Shown here: one piece after another, positions 1-13,441 of the stretch
Numbering within the stretch: the stretch's first letter is position 1
Layout: the number at the start of each line of letters is the position of its first letter
Assembly: GCF_001194135.2 (NCBI RefSeq)
Contig: NC_068992.1
Span: 50,331,933 to 50,386,229 of the forward strand
Direction of reading: 5' to 3'
DNA length: 54,297 nucleotides
Origin: Octopus bimaculoides
Taxonomy: Eukaryota
Position numbers and translations under genes: made by a program
Notes under the pieces: generated by a model
What the model was told of the DNA's origin: nothing
Database searches by the model: none
The model's input: the letters and a program-made list of their open reading frames with translations, nothing else

Positions 1-273
1 CTGAGCACTCCACAGACACGTGTACCCTTAACGTAGTTCTCGGGGATATTCAGCGTGACAGAGTGTGACAAGGCTGGTCCTTTGAATTACAGACACAACA
101 GAAACAGGAAGTAAGAGTGAGAGAAAGTTGTGGTGAAAGAGTACAGCAGGGTTCACCTCGTGGAGCTTTAGGTGTTTCCGCTCAATAAACACTCACAACG
201 CCCGGCCTGGGAATCGAAACTGCGATCCTACGACCGCAAGTCAGCTGCCTAACCACCGGGCCATTGCGCCTCC
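1..273 (-). mobile_element. tRNA-derived SINE, family A (5' part; 3' end runs off the window start)
   Basis: The reverse complement begins GGAGGCGCAATGGCCCGGTGGTTAGGCAGC...GGATCGCAGTTTCGATTCCCAGGCCGGGCG (A/B-box-like head) and is colinear with the copies at 1549, 8070 and 49948. Confidence 0.9.
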
Positions 274-469
274 GCTTCCTCTTATATATATTAGCAAATT
301 AGCAAGAGAGGCAGTATTAATACCGAGAGGTTCCCAATGCCTTGTGATTAAAATTGGTTGATAGAAACTGTGCTGAAGATCGTCATTTATGTATTTTTCT
401 TTATCTCTTTTAAATTTAGATTGAATTTCCACCGGTCATTTGTTTGATAGCAAGGTTATGAAAGAAAGC

Positions 470-577
470 ATCTTATTTTGTTCATTGTCCTTTAAATCTT
501 AGGAAGGTCTTTGTAAGCCTAGTACTTATTCTATCGGCTCTTTTACCGAACCGCTAANNNNNNNNNNNNNNNNNNNN
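470..577 (-). mobile_element. SINE family B, 3' fragment abutting a gap
   Basis: TAAGCCTAGTACTTATTCTATCGGCTCTTTTACCGAACCGCTAA matches the equivalent segment of the copies at 5619, 8469 and 18945. Confidence 0.7.
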
Positions 578-785
578 NNNNNNNNNNNNNNNNNNNNNNN
601 NNNNNNNNNNNNNNNNNNNNNNNNNNNNNNNNNNNNNNNNNNNNNNNNNNNNNNNNNCTATCTATCTACATACACACATATAAATGTATAAATATATACG
701 AATACATTGTATGAAACGATACAAATGTAGACACCCAAACACAGCACAATCACATCACACTCACACACTCCACTGAATCACACAG

Positions 786-802
786 ACACACACACACACA
801 CA

Positions 803-899
<97 letters not shown>

Positions 900-900
900 A
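786..900. repeat. (CA)n microsatellite followed by a CA/TA-rich low-complexity tract
   Basis: Seen directly in the sequence. Confidence 0.95.
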
Positions 901-1022
901 CACACGCGTACACGTCGTCTATATGCATACATACAGACATTTATGATACATATACAGAAATGTTCTCGTATGTATATGAATATGTAAGCGGACACATGTA
1001 CACACACATACACGCAAAATTG

Positions 1023-1060
<38 letters not shown>

Positions 1061-1548
1061 TGCATACATATATACGCACACAGCTACACACGTGCACATA
1101 TGTGCACACATACACACTGATATACAAACACAGATATAATATGCATATACAAAAATATTCTCATATCTAAAAGAATATATAGACGCAGACGTGTACACAC
1201 AAACATATCACGTCTATAGACACCACCCCCGGACGAACACACACATACATACACATGCATGCACATATGTAGAAACATATGTACAGAGACACATATATAC
1301 ATAGAGAGACACATATTCAAGTGCTTCTCAGAAATATAGACTATTGAGGTATAAATGTAAAAATGAATATTCAGAAAGAAATTATTCAAATTCACATAAG
1401 ATGTAACAGTTGTGCTTCATTCCAGTCTATGAACAGAACTTTCTCACAAATATCTTGAATAATTGCTGTCGACTAACAAGATCTGGTGTGCAGAGAAATA
1501 TGTGAATTCTTCTCATCTCAAAATATTACAGTATATTTTAAAGTGTAC

Positions 1549-1876
1549 AGGCGCAATGGCCTAGTGGTTAGGGCAGCGGACTCCCGGTCATAGGATCGCA
1601 GTTTCGATTCCCAGACTTGGCCTTGTGAATGTTTATTGAGCGAAAACACCTAAAGCTCTACGGGGCTCCGGCAGGGGATGGTGGCGAACCCTGCTGTATT
1701 CTTCCACCTCAACATTCTCTCACTCTTTCTTCCTGTTTCTGTTGTACCTGTATTTCAAAGGGCCAGCCTTGTCACACTGTGTCACGCTGAATATTCCCGA
1801 GAAGTACGTTAAGGGTACACGTGCCTGTGGAGTGCTCAGCCACTTGCATGTTAATTTCACGAGCAGGCTGTTCCGT
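1549..1876 (+). mobile_element. tRNA-derived SINE, family A, 3'-truncated
   Basis: AGGCGCAATGGCCTAGTGGTTAGGGCAGCGGACTCC...GTTTCGATTCCCAGAC head; the body is colinear with 8070-8456 and stops at GCTGTTCCG. Confidence 0.9.
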
Positions 1877-1889
1877 ATATATATAAATC

Positions 1890-1990
1890 ACCTGGCTCAG
1901 TGATTACACCGTCGGACTGACAATCATGAAAGAGTGAGTTCGATTCCTGGAACGGCCTGTGTGTTGTGTTCTTGAGAGAGGTACTTTAAA
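1890..1990 (+). mobile_element. SINE family C head (tRNA-like plus CORE-like segment)
   Basis: TGGCTCAGTGATTA (A box) and GAGTTCGATTCC (B box), then TGTGTGTTGTGTTCTTGAG; similar to 30580-30780. Confidence 0.6.
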
Positions 1991-2521
1991 ACGTGAAACA
2001 ATTCTGTTTTCGGAAGAGGTATAGGAGTCGCGGTTCAAGTCCCAAGGACAGCTTCCAACTTTTTCTATCTAAAGGATTCAGATACAATATTCTCTATTAT
2101 TTATAGCGTTATCTGTTTCGAGATTAACTGTTTCAAAAACGAAATATTGCAGTATTTCTTTCGATGGACAGAATGACTATTTGTTATAGATAAATCAACT
2201 TTGCTATGAGTACACTGCTATGTGGTAGATACACTCTTTTGTTAAACCATAATATTTTGTAATGGATACTCTGTCATAAAAACAGACCAAAATCTAGAAG
2301 ATATAAAGTGCAATTATTTTTCAACAATGTAATACAACTGGTTTTGTAGTCAAAATATAGATTACACATTGGCCACTTCCTTCCTTTTAACTACAGTAAT
2401 GCAGACTCAGCAACAATAGATGTCTCTTCTGTCTCTATAATTCCCAAATATCTGACAAGACTACTGTCAGATATAAGCCAAAGCGCGCACACTCACACAC
2501 AAACACACACACACATACAGA

Positions 2522-2598
<77 letters not shown>

Positions 2599-3059
2599 GT
2601 ATATTATGTATATATATATATATATATAATAATATTAGGGATAAAAATCCAAATTTACAGGTAAAAACTCAATTAAGTATGTGACTGTGGATTTTCATCG
2701 ACGAGTTCATGAACCTTGGTTCTTTTCTCTAAAACTATATATATATATATATATAATAAAATTTGACTGACCGCGGTCAACAGCTAGTTAGCATCTAGTA
2801 TATACAGAGCTTGTAATACTTGGATAATATTTGCAACAGTAGGCTGGATACCTGCCAGTCTCTACCAGAGGAAGAGGCGGACTTCATCATTAACTATGGA
2901 GTTATTTTAATAATTCATGATATGGAATTCTTTCCTCTTTGGAAACGTACGTCGTATGTAACTGATTTTCCATTTCTTTCTTTCACGCACACATATGCAT
3001 GTATATATGCATGTATAATAAGAATGCATGTATTTGTGTGTGTGCATCAACGCTCGGCT

Positions 3060-3215
3060 GCGTGTTTCGGATTGTTTATGTTACCGTTTCGGTGAAAAGA
3101 GACCGACTGAATAAGTACCAGACTTTAAAACATATACCGAGGGCCATTTGATCGGCGTTAAAACTCTTAAGGGCATTTCGCTGAATGGTTGAAGTCCAGT
3201 GATTGATACCAACCA
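3060..3215 (+). mobile_element. SINE family B, decayed 3' half
   Basis: TTCGGTGAAAAGAGACCGACTGAATAAGTACCAG is the reverse complement of the family B segment seen at 8540-8580. Confidence 0.55.
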
Positions 3216-4007
3216 GTAAAATAATAAAAGAATAACTCAAACAAACAAATACTTTAAAAAGTGTGTGTGTGGGTGGTGGGTGGGGGTGGAAAGGCCCGAG
3301 AAACTGGTGTTGCTCTGAGTTGGAAAAAGTTATAGATCGGTGTTTGTAAGTTTGGGTAAGTTTGCATATCGTAGGAAGAGGAGGATGATAACGTTTCAAG
3401 ATAGGTCTTTCAAATTATAGGGAAGAAATATATTTTCTCTCCCAGCTGAGCATTTAAATCAGATTTGGTAGTAACTCATCGCAAATCACAAACTAAGGGA
3501 AAATATTCTATCCGGTGACAAGATTTATCTCTCGTCCTGCTTAGTGAGACAAAACTTAAACACCAGCATTAAACTTTATGAAGCACCCATTTAGAAGTTA
3601 CTGTCGTTATTTATGTCAGTAGTATATAACAGATGCTTATTTTATTCCTCCTTGATCTCTTCCTAGGACTGCAAACAAAATCAACTCAATAGAATATAAA
3701 GGATGGAAAGTGAATATCATAAAACAGTATGTTTTTTTGTGTTCAGCAATCGAATGTCTGTGCCAATGTCACTACATACGAGATAACACAAATATTCCAA
3801 GTTCCCATATTACCATATTACATTGATACAAAATAATGGATACACAAGAAAGAAAACCTAAACAAATACCTCGCATTACTTCAGCTGATATGAAGCCATG
3901 CTACAGCAAATATTTCAAGGCATGTTTGTAATACTTCTCCCTCTCTCCACATCTCACCTTCTGTCTCAGTCTTTCCCTTTCTTTCTTTCCCTCTCTCTCT
4001 GTGTATA

Positions 4008-4038
<31 letters not shown>

Positions 4039-4047
4039 GTATGTATG

Positions 4048-4079
<32 letters not shown>

Positions 4080-4563
4080 NNNNNNNNNNTCAGTGATGGT
4101 CTTGCTCAGTCAAGAATAGACAGCCGCCATGTGTATATATATATATATATATGTGTGGGTGTGTGTATGTGCATGTGTGTATGTACGTATGTATGTATGT
4201 ATGTATGCATGTATGGCCGTGTGTGTGTATGTGTGTGTAATAAATGCATATAGATACATATATGCACGCAGACACACACAAATATAGATTATATATATAT
4301 ATATATTTATATATATGTATATATATATAAATATATGTATATATATGTATATATATATATATTTATATATATGTATATATATATAAATANNNNNNNNNNN
4401 NNNNNNNNNNNNNNNNNNNNNNNNNNNNNNNNNNNNNNNNNNNNNNNNNNNNNNNNNNNNNNNNNNNNNNNNNNNNNNNNNNNNNNNNNNNNNNNNNNNN
4501 NNNNNNNNNNNNNNNNNNNNNNNNNNNNNNNNNNNNNNNNNNNNNNNNNNNNNNNNNNNNNNN

Positions 4564-4602
<39 letters not shown>

Positions 4603-5092
4603 CATGTGTGTATATATATATATATATATATATGGTAGATGTATGTATATATAGATGATATATGCATACACACAACCAAACACACACATATATATTTACA
4701 TACGCATCCACATACATGAATACGACACAATGCGTTGATATGCAGGAATCGAAACAGGTAATATTCTAGGATATGATTAAAAGCAAATATGACATATAAA
4801 CATTAAGTGATATGGAATATTGATAGAGCAAATATGCAAATACCAAATAGTCTATGGAATGGTCTGAAAGAGTAATTTATTTGCATTAGACAGACAACAA
4901 AGGAGCACGTAATTAGTAGAATTTCACCCGCTTGTACTGTTTCTTATTTTGTAAAGCTCAGAAGGATACGGTAAACATAGTTGAAGCTGCAATTGAAATT
5001 ATGGGATAACGTATAGTCGCCTGACAGTCATTATATGTAGGTGTAAGAAGACTGAGAGATAGGTAGACAGATAGATAGATAGGTAGGTAGAT

Positions 5093-5095
<3 letters not shown>

Positions 5096-5174
<79 letters not shown>
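5096..5174. repeat. (TA)n microsatellite flanked by (GATA)n
   Basis: Seen directly in the sequence. Confidence 0.95.
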
Positions 5175-5177
<3 letters not shown>

Positions 5178-5618
5178 AAGAGAGATGAAGATAAAGATAG
5201 ACAGATAGATATACGGATAGATAGATAGATAGATATATATATATATCCCTGATCTAAGTATAGCCTCTCCGAGGCAAGTGAAGTCTCTACTAAGAGATAC
5301 TGTACAAAAATGGATTTTTGCTGCTTTCTCATTACGTTCAAGAAGACTTGACCTTAAGAAAAGAGAAAAACAGAATAAACTAGTTGACTATCATCCTATC
5401 ATCTGTACTGAAGGTGTCACCAAACAATCGCTTGGCTTGATGAAATAACAGCCAACTTCTCGCAGGTGAAAAGCTAAAACCAAAAACAAAGAGAAAATGC
5501 AAAGGAAAAAGAAAACAAAGATATTAGCAATGGATCAAATACTACCCTTAAGAAAAAGCAGGAAAACGTCTTTAAAATCGCACCTTACCGTCCTCAGCCA
5601 ACAACGATACTCTTTCAT

Positions 5619-6030
5619 CCTTTTACCTTTTACTTGCTTCGGACATCAGATTGCGACCATGCTGGGGCACTACTTTGAAGAATTTTAGTTGAATGAATCG
5701 AAGCCAGTCGTTATTTGTATTTGAAACATGGTACATATTTTATCGATCGCTTTTTGGCGAACCACTAAATTACGGGGTCGTAAACACACCAACACCAATT
5801 GTCAAGCGATGGTGAGGGACAAACAGAGGCACAAAGACATACACATTTAGATACAGACAGACACGCACACATACACACACATGAAAGAGTTGTTTCAGTT
5901 TCCATCAAGCAAACCCACTCACAAGGCTGTAATCGGCCCAGCACTAGAGTAGAAGGTACTTTCCAAAGGTGTCATGCCGTGGGACTGAACCCCACGAGGA
6001 AGCAAACTTCTTACTACTCAGCCACGCTTG
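5619..6030 (-). mobile_element. SINE family B (tRNA head, CORE-like segment, internal AC/GT microsatellite), near full length
   Basis: Colinear with 8469-8835 and 18945-19242; the minus strand carries the B-box-like GGGTTCAGTCCCAC. Confidence 0.8.
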
Positions 6031-6989
6031 TGATACATGAATAATATGGTTTTAAATAAAATATTGCTGGAAAGTTGAATGGTAATACGGGGCGAGCGAA
6101 CAGCAGGAGAAATCTTCATATGAAGGACTCGTGTCAAGCAAGTATGTTGGCACGTTATTTCTTGGCTTATTTTATATAGATTGTCGACCTTCTCATCTTT
6201 CAATTGCTAGTCTGAGTATGAATGTAAATGATTAAAATGCTGCGTGTCTTAGTCTTAATCGGCATAGTTTTTTTTGGCNNNNNNNNNNNNGGGGGGGGGG
6301 GGGGTCAGTGTATTTTAAAGTGGATAAAACTATAAATAATAATGGGAAAATATGGCTTTAAAAATCTCTTTGGATATACTGAAAAGATCGAACGCATATT
6401 TTCTGTATGGCGAGCGTTCTACCGTTGGACCAAAGCAATCCTTCGAATTTCTGTATCAATTTTAGGAGCTTTATTCTTATTAGCGAGAATCGCATGTTGA
6501 TGACTAATAACATTTTTTTATAAACTTCGAGCGAACGTGAAATAATTCTTTTCTTAGAATGGGGGATATCGAAGCATAAGAAACTATTTTATAGAAGTAT
6601 TTGCTTCGAGATCCACCACTCCAAAACAATTATTTCACGTTCATTTGTAGTATATAGAAATAAACGTTTGACTTCAATACATACATGCATAAATACATAC
6701 ATACATACGTGTGTGTGTGTGTGTGTGTGTGTGCACGTGTCCGTGCATGTATGTATGTGTGTGTACCTGTGTGTGCCTGTGTGTATGTGCTTGAGTATGT
6801 TTGTGATTATGTAATTGGACATGACTTTATGAATGTTCATTAGTATAAATTGCTATCGAAAGATGTGCTTTTACTTCAAACACATAACATAATTATTCAA
6901 CAGAGACCGATGAAATAAAACTAATTTAAAATTAGTACTGAAGTAAACAGAACTACTAAAATCCAAGATGGCCACATCTCGTTGTGGCA

Positions 6990-7260
6990 ACAGTCCAATG
7001 ACTGAAAGCAATGAGATCCCTAGATAAATAAGAGAATGAAATGTACTACCATTGTTATCGCCTGACCAGTTACTTGTAAAGTAATAAGACTGGAGATGAT
7101 TCACACAAGTGCATTTTGTACTTCTATCCATTTGTAATTTAGAGTATCGCCCAACTAAAATATAATTTGTCAGATTCAGCGAGGACTGCCAGATCATCAC
7201 CGTTGATTCAATACGGCTTGCTTCTTCGTCTTGGTTTTATAGAAGTGATGTGTTTGCTCA
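6990..7260 (-). mobile_element. Decayed LINE reverse-transcriptase fragment
   Basis: Minus-strand translation gives NGDDLAVLAES (resembles YADDLxLxAES) and, after frameshifts, LIYLGIS (resembles FxYLGxxI). Confidence 0.4.
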
Positions 7261-7404
7261 TCTCATCTAGATATTTCGATGTATTTAACTGTAGCAACAA
7301 ACATAAAAGGACTGACCTCTGTCTTGCACCACATATATATACATACATACACATATATATGTATATATGCATGTATATATATATATATATGTATATCTAT
7401 TTAC

Positions 7405-7456
<52 letters not shown>

Positions 7457-7488
7457 AATATTATATATATATGTGTGTGTGTGTATAT

Positions 7489-7573
<85 letters not shown>

Positions 7574-8069
7574 AATACACACAAATGCATATACACACAC
7601 AAACGACACACACATATATATGAGTGCAAGTAGATGCATAAGTTCAAATAGGTACATATACAGTCATACGCAATAGATAGCTACATAAACACATATATAC
7701 CGCACGTACAAATTCAGAGACCTTGCTCCATGGGTGAAGAGTTCTATTGCACTGTTATAGTAGCATCAACATCAAGAACAATAGCGGCAACAAAAGCAGC
7801 GACAATAGCAGTAGTAGTAGTAGCAGCAGTAGGAGAAACTGTAGCAGTAACAACGTACCATAGTTGATCAAAGGTAAACACCTTCCATTCATGACATCCC
7901 AATAGAAATTTATTGAGCTAAATAAACAGAACAGTTACCTATTCTGTATTTCTGTACATAAGGAGTCATAGAGTAGACAGGATGAGAAAAGTAGAATGAA
8001 AATTGGAGGGTATATATATGTATATATGTGTGTGTGTGTGTCTTTTGTCTTTTACTTATTTCAGTCATT

Positions 8070-8456
8070 GTGGAGGCGCAATGGCCCAGTGGTTAGAGCT
8101 GCGGACTCGCGGTCATAGGATCGCGGTTTCGATTCCCAGACCGGGCGTTGTGAGTGTTTATTGAGCGAAAACACCTAAAGCTCCACGAGGCTCCAGCAGG
8201 GGATGGTGGCGAACCCTGCTGTACTCTTCCACCACAACTTTCTCTCACTCTTACTTCCTGTTTCTGTTGTGCCTGTAATTCAAATGGTCAGCCTTGTCAC
8301 GCTGTGTCACGCTGAACATCTCCGAGAACTACGTTTAGGGTACACGTGTCTGTGGAGTGCTCAGCCACTTGCACGTTAATTTCACGAGCAGGCTGTTCCG
8401 TTGATCGGATCAGCTGGAACCCTCGACGTCGTAAGCGACGGAGTGCCAACAACAAC
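8070..8456 (+). mobile_element. Full-length SINE family A with a 12-bp target-site duplication
   Basis: tRNA-like head through the GGAGTGCC(AAC)n tail; ATTTCAGTCATT is duplicated at 8058-8069 and 8457-8468. Confidence 0.95.
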
Positions 8457-8468
8457 ATTTCAGTCATT

Positions 8469-8835
8469 AGACTGCGGCCACGCTGGGGCACCACATTGGA
8501 AGATTTTTTGTCGATTGAGTCAACTTCAGTACTTTTTATTTTAAAATTTGGTTCTTTCGCTATCGGTCACTTTTACGAACTGTTAAGTTACAGGGATGTA
8601 AACACACCAACATTGGTTGTCAAGCGGTGGTGGGGGACAAATACAGACACAAAGACACACACCCAGGTGCGCGCACATTTACATATGACTAGATTCTTTT
8701 AATTTTCGTCTACCAAACAACTTACAAGTCTTTGGTGGGTATGAAGCTATAGTAGAAGATGTTTGGACAAGATGCCACGCAGTGGGACTGAACCCAGGAC
8801 CATGTGTTTTGTGAGCAAGCTTCTTACAGCCTGTG
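8469..8835 (-). mobile_element. SINE family B, host of the family A insertion (its extreme 3' piece lies at about 8041-8069)
   Basis: AGACTGCGGCCACGCTGGGG...GCAGTGGGACTGAACCCAGGACCATGTG...AGCAAGCTTCTTACAGCC is colinear with 5619-6030. Confidence 0.85.
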
Positions 8836-9637
8836 TAGCTATACATATATATATATTGATTGATAGATAGATGAAAGAAAGACAATAAAGGGATCGGTTG
8901 TGTCGATATCCTTAACACTTTTGACCGTGTTAGAGTAAGGCAGAATTATGTTAATAGCCATACAATTCCTTAATGTTAAATGTGTGAGTAATGTCAGTAG
9001 TTTGCTTGAACGTTCGCTGCCATATTGGAATTTTGAAGAAGAGGAAACCTTGGAACTATGCAATTTCTATGTGAAAGTATTTGAAATAATGCCGATGTAG
9101 AGAATAAGAAACTGGCGATAAATTGCAGACCGGAATATGGTGTATTATTTCATATTTGCACTACTGTGGAATTAATTAGAATTTGAAGCATCAAGTAAAA
9201 TATTATTCACGAAATATTAAATGGTTTCAGCAATTAATTATTAATAAAAACTTGATAGTTTCATTAGAAATATTATGCATTTGTTTGTTAAATTCTATAT
9301 TGAAACGCAAGGCCAGGGTTGGATTGAAACATTTAAAGTTAAATCGTTCAAATGATAGTTTAAAACTTCCTATTTAGCTTCTGGATTGATTCAAGAAAGA
9401 GAACTATGTTATAGACATTCAGTTGCTGATTTATGTAATACTCTTAAGAGAAATTTATTAAAACACCTTCACTGAGACATTGGAAGTAAAATGGCGAATC
9501 AAAAGTACAGGGAGAGAAAGCAACCATTAAAATGTTAGAAGCCTTTAAGCCGAATTCTACTTCCGCCACGCTATACCCCCCAATATGCAGTCATACGTTC
9601 TTGTAACTTCTATCTTGTAACATAAACTTTTGGTATC

Positions 9638-9765
9638 CTTTTATCTTGTTTCAGTCTTTTGACTGCAGCCATGCTGGAGCACCACCTTGAAGGGATTTAG
9701 TCGCAAAATTCGACCCCAGGACATGCTTTTTTAAAGCATAGTACTAGTTCTACCGGTTTCTTTGT
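9638..9765 (-). mobile_element. SINE family B, 3' fragment
   Basis: TTGTTTCAGTCTTTTGACTGCAGCCATGCTGGAGCACCACCTTGAAGGG...CGACCCCAGGAC. Confidence 0.75.
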
Positions 9766-10164
9766 ATCCTAAATTTACTTGATTGTAGAAAGAATTTGGT
9801 TGTTATTTCTAGTAAGGTAGAGGATGCTTTATTGGACGGTAGATAACACGATGCTATCTGTTCTGAATGGTGGATATATCTGTGAACATGTATATGTGTA
9901 GCTTAGCTTAGCTTATGTATAATGTGTTTATATATATATGTGTGCTTTTAATGTGTATTTGTGTATATATATATGTATATATATATATATATATATATNN
10001 NNNNNNNNNNNNNNNNNNNNNNNNNNNNNNNNNNNNNNNNNNNNNNNNNNNNNNNNNNNNNNNNNNNNNNNNNNNNNNNNNNNNNNNNNNNNNNNNNNNN
10101 NNNNNNNNNNNNNNNNNNNNNNNNNNNNNNNNNNNNNNNNNNNNNNNNNNNNNNNNNNNNNNNN

Positions 10165-10201
<37 letters not shown>

Positions 10202-10990
10202 ATGTATGTATATATATTTATGTAGATGTGTTCCTATGGTATATGTATGCGTTTCTGTATCGCGACAATATGCATTGCATTACACACACATACGCGAACA
10301 CACACTAACACACACATTTATATATGAGTCTGTAGTGTAAATCAGAGACACTGTACGTGCCTGTATAAAAGTGATTATATACGCATGCGTATGTACGTGT
10401 GCATCTTATTATGTGTATTGAATTATGTACGTATTTGAGAGTCTGTATATGTGTATGTCATACTTTGTGATTTATATATCTAAACTTGCAGATGTTTTTG
10501 TACTTGTGTGTATAATTGTGCGCATTTTACTCCATGTGTGGGCGTGTTTGTGTGTGTGTGTGTGTGTGCGTGTGTGCGAGTGTGTGTGTTTGTGTGTCCA
10601 CATGTGTGTTCGTGTGAGCGCGTGTCATACTTTGGGGTCATATCAGTAGACGTGTGTATTCGTTGAATTCTGTACATATGTCTGACTCTGTATCTGTTAG
10701 TTTTGTCTTTGCGTACATGTATGTAAACGTTAGTCTAAATGCATGGGTATGTTTCTCACATGTGTCTCTGCGAGTGCACGTATGAATGTGGCGCGTGTGT
10801 ATGTGTGTGTGTGTGTGTGTGTTTGTGTGTGTGTAAGGACCTCGTAGATGAAGCCATTTCCACTTCACCATTGTACATCAATCAATAGAAATGAGCAGTT
10901 CCATTCTAGCCATTCTTCTTATCATGTCTTCAATGCAACATCATTGCTAGCCATTTATAAAAGACAACACCAGAGCATCCTTCTTCACGC

Positions 10991-11045
<55 letters not shown>

Positions 11046-11057
11046 GTTATTATTATT
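10991..11057. repeat. (ATT)n microsatellite
   Basis: Seen directly; it explains the poly-Ile ORF. Confidence 0.95.
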
Positions 11058-12597
11058 GGTTTTCTTTATTATTGTTTTCTGTTATCTTTACTCGAACGCT
11101 CATTTTTTCATGTATTTTAAAAAATATTTTCACTATTTTCTTCTCTTTAACACTCATGTATGTAAGATAGTCACCGAATTACGATGTGGGAAATTGTAAA
11201 AGAAAGGGACACACACATATACACACATGCACACACACATGCATGTTCTAAAAAAAAATCTCCACAAAATAGTGAAAAANNNNNNNNNNATCACAAAAAA
11301 GCACTCCCCTCTAAAAACAAAACAAAACACAACAAAATATACACATTTCCTTTCTGTCCCTATAAAAACAAAGACAAAACAATAATGATACGAAGAATTT
11401 AATGTTTCTTTTCTCCAAGAAACAATAATTCTGTCTTTTGATTGATGAGTTATTAACACTCATGGTCACATTTTCACAATCTTTCGAAGATTGTAGCTAA
11501 TACTAAATAACCAAGCATTGAATATATTCCAGCAACACGAAAAAAAAAAACCCAACAAATACAGGAAAGAAAAGCGAGGGGACTTTTTATTGTACGTTGC
11601 TTTCGTACGTTTTGTTTGTTGGTTCTTTTTCTATATTCCTGTACTGACGCTCTAATATAACATAGTGCTATCAGGAAAACTTTTGTCAAATGTCTTTGAT
11701 GCTTGTATCTTTTTTTTCTTTTGTAGATTTTATGGCGAAATTGCTTTAAGCGTTTGTCTCCATCTTTTGCAACCCTAAGAAATCAATCAATGTATGAAAT
11801 AAAAAAACTACGTAGTTTAACAAATATTTTATGTTGTAGCCCATTTAAAATAGTTATTTGTTCTTTTTTTATGTTTAATTTAATTGATTTTTTTTATCTT
11901 AAAATATTCCTCTTATTTTTTTTTTCATATTTTTTCTCAATACGTTCTGGCAGATTCGAACGCGAATAGCTGACCACTTAAAACACTAACGTATCTCAAA
12001 GTCCACTTACACCAGTGATTCACGTGTGTTATGAATACACATTGTCTGAAAACAAGAGCTGTTCTCCAATGACGAAAAGCAACAGCGATTAGCATATTCC
12101 CGTTCGGATCAGACAGAAAGCATTAAGAATAAATAGTTACACTATCATTTGGATTCTCATTGTTCTGCGTGCGCATCATGCATTATTACCTTCTTCTATT
12201 TTTCTGTTTAGAGTTGTTGAAACATAAGTTTGAGATATGCTTTCACAGCCAGTTATAAAATCTTATAATAATAGACAAGTAGTATTATTTGCAAGATATT
12301 GATGAGTATGACACTAAAATGGTATCTTTTCGTTTCATACTTGTATATTGTGAGTTAAAATCCTTCTAGAAGTTGACTTTTCCTAACCTATGCCAGTCTC
12401 TATCCCACAGATCCGCTTTCCAAGAAACGTCAGTCGGGATTGCCCAAATTATTTTCAGATATAGTTAGAACAATATTATTCAATATATCGTTTGCTTTTC
12501 ATTTTGGCAGTTGAGTGTGATGTCATGGATTTTTAGCTTTTATTTCTAGCATGTCAAGCGACCATTAGGTGGTACCGTCATTGAGTCGTTCTTTTAG

Positions 12598-12795
12598 GAA
12601 TGGTGTGGTTAGTATAACTGTTCCAATTCCGTCAGCTTTATTGATAAAAATATGTTGAAAATATAAGTTTTGAATTTAAAATATTTTAAAATTTCTAAGC
12701 GTTAAAAATATTGCTATTGTGCCTAGATTACAGACACTATTTTAATTAACAGCACTTACAGAACTATACTCATATTAAGATTTATTTATCCGACA
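12598..12795. repeat. 198-bp direct repeat, copy 1
   Basis: Matches 13442-13639 with 3 substitutions by eye (offset 844 bp). Confidence 0.95.
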
Positions 12796-12809
12796 CGCTA
12801 ATGTGGATA

Positions 12810-13441
12810 AATAGATTTAATTGCATTAACTTTTTTCAGTGAATATTCTTTTTTGGATTGTGATTTGGCTTTTCATATCTATCTAACCATCGTGCGGAAC
12901 ACTTGCTACCGTTGAAAAGAATCCATTTTTCATCACACGTAACAATACGATGCAAATATGGTTCGCTTTTATACTGTGACAGCAAAGAAAAGCAAGTTTC
13001 AAGATGACGTATCATTTAATGCTCGTTCAGTTCGTGTGGTACCCACTTATCCACCTTGCCGATTTCTTTCAGATGATCCAATACAGATGGAATCGAAACA
13101 TCAAGCCTTGCTGCTAACGCACGCGTAGTTTGAGATGTATCTGCTTCCACTACAGTTTCCAGTTCATCATTATCCACCTTGGTCTCAGGTCTACCACGGG
13201 GCTGATTTTCGAGAGTAAAGTCACCAGACCGGAACATCTCAAACCATCTACGTACAATGCGCTCATTTACCACATCTTCACCAAACACGTCATTGATATT
13301 TCGAGTTGTCTGGGAAGCATTGGTGCCACGACGGAACTCATATTCATAAGCAAAACGAATTTTGGATCACTCGAAGGGTTCAGAAAAACTGATTTACGAG
13401 AGAAGACTCACAATATAATCAGACACCGTGAACTGCATTTC
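12810..13441 (-). mobile_element. Mariner (SETMAR/Hsmar-like) transposase pseudogene, 3'-truncated
   Basis: SKIRFAYEYEFRRGTNASQTTRNINDVFGEDVVNERIVRRWFEMFRSGDFTLENQPRGRP...WVPHELNEH*, then after a stop and frameshift EPYLHRIVTCDEKWILF...KKLM. The HTH region, WVPHEL motif and first catalytic Asp are present; the rest of the DDD domain is absent. Confidence 0.95.

Noticed and set aside
2630-2960. Repeat-like segment with TGATGA/GAAA fragments and ORF 2820-3095
   Set aside because: It could be a Penelope-type terminal remnant, but no complete hammerhead or recognisable peptide can be assembled.
6279-6304. Poly-G run
   Set aside because: It directly abuts an N gap and is likely a sequencing or assembly artefact rather than a G-quadruplex locus.
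8070-8145. tRNA-like sequences at SINE heads (also 1549, 1890, 30580)
   Set aside because: A/B boxes are present, but they run into SINE bodies and lack a complete cloverleaf, so they are not tRNA genes.
8297-8702. ORFs MSVECSATCTLISRAG... and their counterparts at 49822-50232
   Set aside because: They fall in SINE family A copies and recur only because the SINE recurs.
8940-9480. Possible hAT transposase remnant (SSLLERSL)
   Set aside because: The similarity is limited to a few residues and is too weak to call.
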